A stretch of 32,000 bases of DNA from NCBI GenBank assembly GCA_030149205.1, contig JASBSB010000007.1, forward strand, positions 540,001 through 572,000, in the 5' to 3' direction. The position numbers were made by a program, and so were the translations under genes. The notes under the pieces are model-generated. The model did no database searches. It saw nothing but the letters and a program-made list of their open reading frames with translations, and was not told where the DNA came from. The DNA comes from Candidatus Heimdallarchaeota archaeon. GTDB lineage: Archaea; Asgardarchaeota; Heimdallarchaeia; Heimdallarchaeales; Kariarchaeaceae. How positions within the stretch are numbered: position 1 is the stretch's first letter; each line of letters starts with the position of its first letter. This document shows positions 16,578 through 24,774 of this stretch, piece after piece.

Positions 16578-17333
16578 ATGGGTTCTGAAGAAGTAATTTT
16601 GAAAGCAGAAACGTTGAAAATCTTTGAACATAAAAATGTTCCAAGAGAAAACATCCTCCCTTTGATTAAAAGTACAAGAGAGAGAGCCCTTAAGTCTCAT
16701 TATTACAGATCAATTGACACCTATGATTTTATCTTCCCAAGAATCTCTCTTAACCCCTTCCTCAAAAAGGTGATAAAGAAGAAGCCAATTTTAGACGTTG
16801 GATGTTCATTTGGAGTCGACCTCAGGTACCTAGAGACGCAGGGAGTCAATCCAACAAATCTCTATGGTGTTGAGAAGAACTCAGACTTTCTTCAACTAGG
16901 GTTTGATCTTTTCGGAGATTATTCCAATGGGATCACCTTCTACTGTGGTGACATACTTCATGATACACATTTTAAATCGGTTCAACCTGGAAGAAAGGAG
17001 TTAATTCTTTCCAAAACTGAGCTGGGATGTGTCCATTCAGGCTCACTTCTCCATCTACTCACAAGAGATGAAATCAAGCAGTTTTTTGCCAAGGCATACC
17101 AAAGTTTGTCCTCAGGTGGTTTCGTAATTGGAAGAACAGCTAGCTTTGAATCAACAATTCAAAACCCAAGCTCACAAATGAGAACTGTGTTAAGCCAATC
17201 TGACTTTGAGAGTCTTCTACAATCAAGCGGTTTTGTAGAAATTGAGAGCAATTTATCAATGTCTGGTGCTCTCCCCAAGAAAGGTGATGATCTTATCTTG
17301 AAATCCTTACATTTTATTGCAATGAAAGAATAA
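16578..17333 (+). CDS. Class I SAM methyltransferase resembling the fungal AusD/Trt5/AdrK family
   Basis: RERALKSHYYRSI...F...ISLNP, ILDVGCSFGVDLRYLETQG...NLYGVE...FLQLGFDLFGD, FYCGDIL, VHSGSLLHLL and VIGR. Start placed at ATG 16578; the longer 16470 frame adds an unlikely low-quality N-terminus. Confidence 0.75.
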   Translation: MGSEEVILKAETLKIFEHKNVPRENILPLIKSTRERALKSHYYRSIDTYDFIFPRISLNPFLKKVIKKKPILDVGCSFGVDLRYLETQGVNPTNLYGVEKNSDFLQLGFDLFGDYSNGITFYCGDILHDTHFKSVQPGRKELILSKTELGCVHSGSLLHLLTRDEIKQFFAKAYQSLSSGGFVIGRTASFESTIQNPSSQMRTVLSQSDFESLLQSSGFVEIESNLSMSGALPKKGDDLILKSLHFIAMKE

Positions 17334-17422
17334 CAGTTCTTTTTCGATAATTAACAATTTTTGCAAATGAAAACATAACTATTAAAATTAACTGAAGAAA
17401 CTTTGCTTACGGAATTTTAGTT

Positions 17423-18775
17423 ATGAGTTCAAAAGAGAAGAATAACTACATCCATGTTTCGAGAGCCAAAATTAAATTTACCTCATCCATATCCGGGATA
17501 ATAGAGGGTATAAACGAGTTTCCGAAGATGTATCATTCATATAAAGGAGAGCAATATCTAGCTATTGGTTCAACAGTTTCAATACAAGATCGAACTCATA
17601 ATTTTAAGCAACTCTCAAATGAAATTTTTTCATATACCTTTCCAGCTGATTTAAACACACCAGTGTGGTTTGGTGGATTATCCTTTTATCCAAAGCAAAA
17701 CGACGAAGAACATACATGGAGGGGTTTTTCAGCTCAACATTTCTTTATTCCAAAGGTCTTACTTAGAATTTCTACCACAAAATCAGAACTAATTGCATTC
17801 TCAAAAGAGTCCAAGGAGAAAGCTAAGGCAGTATTACAAACCTTTCAAAAAAAGATGATGGCTGTTCATAAAAATCAATCTGAGCCAACATTGGTTTCTG
17901 AAATCTCCGAGAGAACTGAAACAGACTTAATTAGTCTTGAACAATGGAAAAAACAAGTAAAGTTTACACTTGAGTCAATAGAGAAGAAAAAAATATCCAA
18001 AATTGTTCTGGTAAGAGGTAAAAGAATTAACATATCAAATTATGAATTTTCAATCTCTGAAACCCTGCACTCACTAAACAAGAAATTTCCAGAGTGCATT
18101 ATTTATGCCTTTCAGGTTGCCAAAAACTCAATTTTCTTTGGAGCAACTCCTGAGATACTCTTTGAAACGAGCTCAGGGTCACTTCAAACCATGGCACTAG
18201 CGGGTTCAATTAACAGAGGAAGCTCAGATCTTACTGATCAAATTCTCACCAAACAGATGTTTGCTTCTATCAAACTTTCAGAGGAACACAACATAGTAGT
18301 TAATTACCTCAAAAAAAATCTTAGTAAGCTATGTGATGAGATAGTAGTTTCTGAGAAGCCAGATGCACTAAAGCTCAACAACATACAACATCTCAGGACC
18401 AGACTCTCAGGTGAACTAAAATCTCAGAAATCAGTTTTTGACATAATTAAGGAGTTTCATCCTACTCCTGCAGTTGGGGGGATGCCTCCCAAAAAGGCTA
18501 TAACTACCCTCGGTATGCTTGAAACTTTCGACAGAGGTTGGTATAGCGGAACAATGGGGATAATCTCTCCAAACAATGATGCCTTGTTTGGTGTAAATAT
18601 TCGTGGTGCATTATCCTTGAATAATGGGGTTTGGATGTATGCTGGTGCTGGAATTGTAAAAAATTCTCATGCAGAGGATGAGTGGAAAGAGGTGGAACTA
18701 AAATTTTTAGCTGTTTATAACTCACTATATTATTATAAAAAGAATGAAGGAGAGCAGAATGAAAACACCTCTTAA
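17423..18775 (+). CDS. menF: Isochorismate synthase (menaquinone-specific type)
   Basis: MST-fold motifs KIVLVR, FFGATPE, TMALAGS, EEHNIVV, IQHLRT, FHPTPAVGGMP, DRGWYSG, FGVNIRGA and YAGAGIVKNSHAEDEWKE. Overlaps menD. Confidence 0.92.
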   Translation: MSSKEKNNYIHVSRAKIKFTSSISGIIEGINEFPKMYHSYKGEQYLAIGSTVSIQDRTHNFKQLSNEIFSYTFPADLNTPVWFGGLSFYPKQNDEEHTWRGFSAQHFFIPKVLLRISTTKSELIAFSKESKEKAKAVLQTFQKKMMAVHKNQSEPTLVSEISERTETDLISLEQWKKQVKFTLESIEKKKISKIVLVRGKRINISNYEFSISETLHSLNKKFPECIIYAFQVAKNSIFFGATPEILFETSSGSLQTMALAGSINRGSSDLTDQILTKQMFASIKLSEEHNIVVNYLKKNLSKLCDEIVVSEKPDALKLNNIQHLRTRLSGELKSQKSVFDIIKEFHPTPAVGGMPPKKAITTLGMLETFDRGWYSGTMGIISPNNDALFGVNIRGALSLNNGVWMYAGAGIVKNSHAEDEWKEVELKFLAVYNSLYYYKKNEGEQNENTS

Positions 18776-20450
18776 TTTAACGTATGCACAGCTCATCGTT
18801 GATGAATTGATAAGGCAAGGTGTGACCAGATTCGTATGTTCACCAGGGTCAAGGTCAACCCCACTTGTATTTGCGATTTCATTAAGAAAAGAGCATATCA
18901 AATATCATATTATTATAGATGAGAGGTCTGCTGGTTTTTTTGCCTTAGGACAGGCAAAGGAGACAGCTCAACCTGTGGCTTTGATTTGTACTTCGGGTAC
19001 TGCTGTTGCAAATTATTTTCCAGCAATTGTTGAGGCTCATTACACAAATATTCCAATGATTGTTCTTTCAGCAGATCGTCCACACAGTCTTCGAGATGCT
19101 GGAGCAAATCAAACAATCGACCAAATCAAAATCTTTGGTGGTTATGTTAACCATTTTGTAGATTTACCAACTCCACAACCTTCAATCACTGATCACGAAC
19201 GTAAGGTTTTGACAGGGATTGCGGCTAAGGCTTATCATGCATCCCTTTTTCCAACTAAAGGTGTTGTACACCTGAATCTTCCCTTTGTTAAACCTCTGGA
19301 ACCCACAGAAGAAGAAACTCTAGAAAATCTTAAATTCGTCAAAGGTTCAAAAATCAAATTTTTTCATCCTAGGAAACTAAACGGTTTTGAGAATGGGGAT
19401 GATTCATTTCAAGGAAAGGTTCTAATAATAATGGGAGCAATCATTCCTGATGATTTGGACTTGTTTGACCTTAAGGCTCTTTTAGAACAAAAAGGGGTTC
19501 CTGTGGTTGCAGATGTGTTGACCAACTTCAGATCCTTGGGTTGTTCAACTCTTATTCAATCATTTGAGGGTATTTTAAGTAGCTCTAATTTCGTTAAGCG
19601 GTTTGATCCTGACACAATTATCCTTATTGGAAAAAATCCCAGCTCAATTTCTGTTAACAAATTTCTCTATAAAACAAAGGCTCAAAAGATACAACTGAGT
19701 ACTAACTCTGATTGGAATGATGAGACCTACCAAACAACACTAAAGGTAGAATTGCCAGGCGAGCAAATCCCAGAGTTTTTGAATAACTCTATAACACAAA
19801 TAGATACAGGTTATCTTTCATTACTATCCAGTTTAGACAAAAGTCTTGATGATTCTCTTCCGCAATCATTCTCAGAAATAGGTGTAGCTAATAAACTACT
19901 TCAAATGCTGGAAGATTCAACTATTTTCTTAGCTAACAGTTCTGTAATACGTAACTTTGACATTGTGTATCGTTTCTCTCCTCATAAATCACTAAGATTT
20001 CTAGGGAACCGTGGAGTGAGTGGGATTGATGGGAACATTTCTACTGCCGTTGGTGTTGCACTCTCATCGGAAAACCGAGTTTACGCAATTATGGGTGATC
20101 TAGCCTTTCTTCATGACTTAAACTCAATGTCGATTGTACAAAAGTATAAACCTAAAGTTGGGATAATTGTCTTTAACAATTCTGGTGGAGGTTTATTTAA
20201 AAGACTACCCATTTTTCAACACAAAACAGTTTTTTCTGAGTTTTATTCAACCCCCCAAAACTTTAACATTAAAGACATTTGCGCTGCTTTTTCATTAGAC
20301 TATTATGAAGTAACAGCCATGGAATCCTTAAATCGTTTCAATTTCGCAGAGATGGAAACCCCCTTTTGTCTTGAAATCAAATTAATTTCAGACGCAGAGC
20401 CTGAAGCCTATTTAGAATACCTGAAGACATGTCAGAATAAAATGGCTTAA
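18759..20450 (+). CDS. menD: SEPHCHC synthase (ThDP-dependent)
   Basis: SPGSRSTPL, DERSAGFFALG, CTSGTAVANYFPAIVEA, LSADRP, NRGVSGIDG and ThDP motif MGDLAFLHDLN...FNNSGGGLF. Start ATG 18759 follows AAGGAGA and overlaps the menF 3' end. Confidence 0.95.
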   Translation: MKTPLNLTYAQLIVDELIRQGVTRFVCSPGSRSTPLVFAISLRKEHIKYHIIIDERSAGFFALGQAKETAQPVALICTSGTAVANYFPAIVEAHYTNIPMIVLSADRPHSLRDAGANQTIDQIKIFGGYVNHFVDLPTPQPSITDHERKVLTGIAAKAYHASLFPTKGVVHLNLPFVKPLEPTEEETLENLKFVKGSKIKFFHPRKLNGFENGDDSFQGKVLIIMGAIIPDDLDLFDLKALLEQKGVPVVADVLTNFRSLGCSTLIQSFEGILSSSNFVKRFDPDTIILIGKNPSSISVNKFLYKTKAQKIQLSTNSDWNDETYQTTLKVELPGEQIPEFLNNSITQIDTGYLSLLSSLDKSLDDSLPQSFSEIGVANKLLQMLEDSTIFLANSSVIRNFDIVYRFSPHKSLRFLGNRGVSGIDGNISTAVGVALSSENRVYAIMGDLAFLHDLNSMSIVQKYKPKVGIIVFNNSGGGLFKRLPIFQHKTVFSEFYSTPQNFNIKDICAAFSLDYYEVTAMESLNRFNFAEMETPFCLEIKLISDAEPEAYLEYLKTCQNKMA

Positions 20451-20513
20451 CCACAGACAGTCTCACTTCAAATAAATCAAAAATCTAATTAATCTTAATT
20501 TTAATTTAAATTA

Positions 20514-21005
20514 TTGATAGTCAGAGATCTACCTGTTGGAAGTATTAATATTGAATCTAAGGAAGTTAAGGTCATAAACCAAGTAAACTTTACCTGTCAA
20601 AGTAGCACAGAATGCTGCAGAAAGCATGATATTCCCGTTACACCAAAAGAGGTAGAAAGGATCACAGATAATGGGTTTGAACCAGATCAGTTTCTTATAA
20701 ATTTCACTCCGATCTTAATTAACAGTAAGACTGGGAAGAGTAAGATCAAAGCATACGTTCTCAAGAAGAAACCATTTTCTCATGATTGTGTGTTTCTAAA
20801 CGAGAAGAACCTCTGCTCAATACATGAGTTTAAACCTTTTGCATGCAAAATTTATCCGTTTACCTATGAAATAAAGGATACAGAAAATATTGAGGTTCGA
20901 GTACATCAAGATAGTGTGTGTAGCTCTGTCAGTGTTGGATTAAATGCTCCCTCGGATTCTATCAATATTATCAGAGATGTCTATTCCAAAGTTAAAATGC
21001 TCTGA
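20514..21005 (+). CDS. YkgJ-family (CxxCxxCC-like) cysteine-cluster, putative Zn or Fe-S protein
   Basis: FTCQSSTECCRKH...CVFLNEKNLCSIHEFKPFACKIYPF...C. TTG start. Confidence 0.85.
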   Translation: MIVRDLPVGSINIESKEVKVINQVNFTCQSSTECCRKHDIPVTPKEVERITDNGFEPDQFLINFTPILINSKTGKSKIKAYVLKKKPFSHDCVFLNEKNLCSIHEFKPFACKIYPFTYEIKDTENIEVRVHQDSVCSSVSVGLNAPSDSINIIRDVYSKVKML

Positions 21006-21100
21006 AGATTTTATTGATGACAAATAATAATTAGAGTCTGAATTTACTTCTCTAATATTTTTATCAACTATCTTTTATAGAATTAAGAAAATAAACGTCT

Positions 21101-21958
21101 ATGTTAATTGGGGTACATTGCTCAATAAGTGGAGGATTAGTAAATGCTCCTCTTGAAGCTCAATCATTGTCATGTAGCACTTACCAAATTTTTACCAGGT
21201 CCTCACGGTCTTGGAAAACACCCGAATTGAAGTCGGAACAGGTCGAACTATTTAAGAGAAAGAACAAAGAGTTAGGATTTAGTAATCTTGTAACTCATTT
21301 ACCCTATCTCCCAAATTTTGCTAATCCGGACAAAGAAATTTATAGTAATTCTCAACATAATTTAATTGAAGAGGCTAAACGATGTGACATCTTAGAAGTT
21401 TCTAACTTGGTGGTTCATATAGGGTCACATAAGGGCTTAGGTTCTAAAAAGGGTATTTTGACAGTGCAATCACATTTAGAAAAATTTATTCAGTCTGAAT
21501 TTAAGGTCAACATCTGTCTTGAGATTTCAGCAGGTTCCAAAAATTCAGTGGGGAGTACTATCGAAGAATTGCAGCAGATCCGCGATGGATTATCTGAAAC
21601 TTCTCAGATCAAAATCTGTCTTGATACAGCTCATGCTTTCGCCTCAGGATATGATTTTAGAAATAAAGAAGCTGTAGATACTTTTACTGATGAGTTTGAG
21701 TCTTTGATTGGATTCAAAAATCTAGCAGTTATTCATGTGAACGATTCTAAAGTTGATGTAGGTGGAAAGGTGGATCGTCATGAACATCTTGGAAAAGGCT
21801 ATATTGGAATGCAGGGCTTACAAAACCTCCTTAGGCACAAAAAAATTGTAGACCTTCCTATACCAAGAATTCTTGAGACACCTCGTGATACTAAAGAAGC
21901 GGATAAAATTAATTTAAAGATATTATCAGAAATTGTTAATGGGCCATGGCAGATTTGA
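21101..21958 (+). CDS. nfo: Endonuclease IV (AP endonuclease)
   Basis: GVHCSISGG, QIFTRS, HLPYLPN, VVHIGS, LEISAG, CLDTAHAF, HVNDSK, DRHEHLGKG and ILETP (tri-zinc ligands present). Confidence 0.95.
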   Translation: MLIGVHCSISGGLVNAPLEAQSLSCSTYQIFTRSSRSWKTPELKSEQVELFKRKNKELGFSNLVTHLPYLPNFANPDKEIYSNSQHNLIEEAKRCDILEVSNLVVHIGSHKGLGSKKGILTVQSHLEKFIQSEFKVNICLEISAGSKNSVGSTIEELQQIRDGLSETSQIKICLDTAHAFASGYDFRNKEAVDTFTDEFESLIGFKNLAVIHVNDSKVDVGGKVDRHEHLGKGYIGMQGLQNLLRHKKIVDLPIPRILETPRDTKEADKINLKILSEIVNGPWQI

Positions 21959-22026
21959 ACTGCCGACCTCACGGTTTCAAACAAAGTTATCAGCCGTGCG
22001 CTCTAACCAAGCTGAGCTAATAGCCC
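21940..22026 (-). tRNA. tRNA-Ile(GAU) with a 12-nt intron at canonical position 37/38 (intron 21976-21987); no encoded CCA
   Basis: Minus strand GGGCTAT TA GCTC AGCTTGGTTA GAGC G CACGG CT GAT A [ACTTTGTTTGAA] A CCGTG AGGTC GGCAG TTCAAAT CTGCC ATGGCCC A. All four stems pair; anticodon at 21991-21989. Confidence 0.95.
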
Positions 22027-22196
22027 ATTCTATTGGTGCTTACACCTGTAACCCTGAGTCCGTAGTCAATTGTTTAAAGATATCGGTTCTGACCCGTTTA
22101 CTAAAATAATTATTAACTGAAATTACTTTTGATAAAGCGAATCTAAATCCCGAAACCGAACTAGAATTTATTAAACCAAAAATCGATTATTATACA

Positions 22197-22895
22197 GTGA
22201 GCTTAGATAAAACCCCTCAAAAAATATCAAAACTTTTTGATGGAGTTGCCTATCGATATGATCTTTTAAATGATGTGATGACAGGCTTTAGTCATCGTAT
22301 CACTAGAAAGCTAGGGTTAAACTTAGTAGGGGTGAAACCAAATAGTAGGATTTTAGATGTTGCTACAGGAACAGGGGATTTCCCAATCCTGCTAACTAAA
22401 TCTCATAATGTCAAACAAGTTATTGGTATAGATATATCGGAAAATATGCTTCATTTTGCAAAGCTGCGTACTAAGAATCAGTCGAAAATAGTTTATGAAT
22501 ATGGAAATGCTTTAGAACTTAATTTTGAGGCAAATCAATTTGACTTAATAACGATAGGATACGGGATTAGAAATGTCCCCGATACCTTGAAAGTTCTTAC
22601 AGAGATGAATAGAGTTACGAAATCAGGTGGAAAACTGTTAATAGTAGAAGCTACACCCCCACAATCAAAATATCTTAATTTTCTCACACATTTTTATTTT
22701 AAATCGATTGTTCCACTGGTGGCATCTCTTTTAGCACATAATGGGGAAGCTTATAGATACTTTGCAGAAAGTGTTTATCAATTTCCCATTGCACCCAAAT
22801 TTTGTAAAATTATAAATTCTGCAGGGTGGGTAAATATCAAATATAAGCCTTTATACTTTGGAACAGTGACTATTTTTCTAGCAGAGAAACCATAA
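22197..22895 (+). CDS. menG: Demethylmenaquinone methyltransferase (UbiE/MenG)
   Basis: LFDGVAYRYDLLNDVMT, ILDVATGTGD, GIDISENML, GNALEL, FDLITIGYGIRNV, EMNRVTKSGG and AYRYFAESV. GTG start. Confidence 0.93.
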   Translation: MSLDKTPQKISKLFDGVAYRYDLLNDVMTGFSHRITRKLGLNLVGVKPNSRILDVATGTGDFPILLTKSHNVKQVIGIDISENMLHFAKLRTKNQSKIVYEYGNALELNFEANQFDLITIGYGIRNVPDTLKVLTEMNRVTKSGGKLLIVEATPPQSKYLNFLTHFYFKSIVPLVASLLAHNGEAYRYFAESVYQFPIAPKFCKIINSAGWVNIKYKPLYFGTVTIFLAEKP

Positions 22896-22954
22896 TTGGT
22901 AATTGACTTTTTCAGATAAGCCACCTTTTATTTAGGAATTGATGAAAATAGAAA

Positions 22955-24367
22955 ATGTTGCTTCGCTACCAGTATCGAAGATTATTCAAGGTTGTCTCGA
23001 TCTTCTTCCTAGTTACATTAATCTTGAGTTCACTCATTTTCTTTATTCCGCTTCTTTTCCCACCACCCACATACAATGTTTCCAATTACTTAATCAAGGA
23101 AACTCAAGATGGATTTGTTAGTGATGAGGTCTCGGGAAACAACACCATATATGTTTTAACAAAACCTGATTTGAATAACCTAACGATAAATAAGATTAAC
23201 GCCATCAACAAAAATGGGAAGCTTTTATGGTCATATCCTATCGCAGATCCATTTTCTAGCACACAACTACTTGCTGGATCAGACAACCAAGTGTTAGCTT
23301 TGGTTTATAAAAACCTCCTCCCCACAATCGAGCTTTATGGACAATTTGGGCAGGTATGGAACCTAAACATCAGTTCGCTTGTTCCTGATTCGCTGGTCTC
23401 TCTGGTTGTTGCTAATGCCATCTCAAGAGGGTTCGCTGTGAGTTTTGTAAGTGTAAGCAGAACGACAGATGGAAATATTGTGGAAGCCACATTAAACTAC
23501 TTTGAAATTGGAACTGCACCTAAAATTTTGAATACCCTGTCAATTAAAGCCCAAGGTGTCACAAAACTTGTAAGACCCACAGAAAAAGGTGACTCCGTTA
23601 AATTTGGGTATATTAGTAAAGGTGTATCAGAGCTACTCTACCAGTTCAATTCGACAACAAAGCGGGGGAAATTTCTACAGACTGTAAATTTTTCCAACTT
23701 TGCCTTTGGGAAGACGTACATAGGAAAAATAACAACAAAAGAAGGTGAAATCCGTGTATTTGGGACATTTAATCTGACTCAGATAGAATTTTGGAAAAAT
23801 GATCAGATGTTCGCAAGTATCGATAACTCAGTTGCGAAGATCTATCAATCATTTGCTCAAAAGGGCGATTCAATACAACATGTTGAATTTCTTCCTGGTA
23901 GGGTTCTTTTCACTGCTTACAGTGAGTTTAATCATTTCGCCCAATCATCATTTGGTGTAGTATTATTAAATCAAAATGGGTTGACAAAGATAACCAAGTT
24001 AAATCTCCCTGAAGCGGACCCAAACTTTCTGATCAGCTCTCGAGCTGTTTATTATATTAACTCAGAGGTTGTTATATTACAAGAACTGTTCAATCCTTTA
24101 AATAAGACCTTAAAATATCGAACAGTAATATCTACCCCTTCAACTACTAATCCAGTTGACTTTATTGATACCTTATCACTTTTGGAAAAATTCTCTTTAC
24201 CAATTTTTATTGGTATCCTATTTTCCGGGGTTACTGTCATAAGAACCAGAGGCCCAATTATTGATGAACATCTCTATCCTTCTGAGAATAAAAATTACAA
24301 AGAGTACGTTGAAAAACTAAACAAAATTGAGAAAATAGCTGATGAATCTGAAAATAATGATATTTGA
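22955..24367 (+). CDS. Membrane-anchored hypothetical protein (N- and C-terminal TM, beta-rich ectodomain)
   Basis: TM VVSIFFLVTLILSSLIFFIPLLF, then a beta-rich region including NGKLLWSYP (propeller-like), a second TM FSLPIFIGILFSGVTVI, and a ~40-aa charged tail. Confidence 0.75.
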   Translation: MLLRYQYRRLFKVVSIFFLVTLILSSLIFFIPLLFPPPTYNVSNYLIKETQDGFVSDEVSGNNTIYVLTKPDLNNLTINKINAINKNGKLLWSYPIADPFSSTQLLAGSDNQVLALVYKNLLPTIELYGQFGQVWNLNISSLVPDSLVSLVVANAISRGFAVSFVSVSRTTDGNIVEATLNYFEIGTAPKILNTLSIKAQGVTKLVRPTEKGDSVKFGYISKGVSELLYQFNSTTKRGKFLQTVNFSNFAFGKTYIGKITTKEGEIRVFGTFNLTQIEFWKNDQMFASIDNSVAKIYQSFAQKGDSIQHVEFLPGRVLFTAYSEFNHFAQSSFGVVLLNQNGLTKITKLNLPEADPNFLISSRAVYYINSEVVILQELFNPLNKTLKYRTVISTPSTTNPVDFIDTLSLLEKFSLPIFIGILFSGVTVIRTRGPIIDEHLYPSENKNYKEYVEKLNKIEKIADESENNDI

Positions 24368-24414
24368 CATCAAAATAGGCTAATTAATATAAATATCTCC
24401 TAAATTTATTAGTT

Positions 24415-24774
24415 ATGACATTAATAAAATCAATCCATCATGTGGTCATATATGTAACAAACATGAATGAAGCTATCAATTTTTACACAGAGATTTTAGA
24501 GATGAAATTAGGATACAAAAGTGATATGTGGACCGAAGTTTCATTTCTGACCCCAGGGTCTTATATTGGATTGCATTATACGAAGGAAGGAAATTCTAAA
24601 TCTATTGGAACTGAAGTCTCTTTTGAAGTAACAGACATCCATTCAGTGAGGGAAAGGTTACTCCAGAACAAAGTAAATTTTACGAGTGATGTGCTTGAAG
24701 CAGCACCTGGTAAATTAATTGCTAACTTCTTGGATCCATTTGGAAATCCATTATCTATCTATGAAACTATCTAA
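24415..24774 (+). CDS. VOC/glyoxalase-family protein
   Basis: IHHVVIYVTNMNEAINFYTEILEM, VSFEVTDI and FLDPFGNPLSIYE. Confidence 0.9.
   Translation: MTLIKSIHHVVIYVTNMNEAINFYTEILEMKLGYKSDMWTEVSFLTPGSYIGLHYTKEGNSKSIGTEVSFEVTDIHSVRERLLQNKVNFTSDVLEAAPGKLIANFLDPFGNPLSIYETI

Noticed and set aside
21003-21020. TGA stop of the Cys-rich YkgJ gene as possible selenocysteine read-through
   Set aside because: Another in-frame stop follows after three codons, the domain is already complete, and no SECIS-like hairpin was recognised.
21940-21975. tRNA 3' end as an integration (att) site
   Set aside because: No second copy of the tRNA 3' sequence and no integrase seen in the window.
17388-22129. Shared motif TTAACTGAA-N3-ACTTT upstream of menF (17388-17404) and menG (22113-22129)
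   Set aside because: Tempting as a men regulon box, but the distances to the starts differ, the 9-mer core also occurs inside coding sequence (near 9267 and 13826), and AT-rich spacers make such a match plausible by chance.
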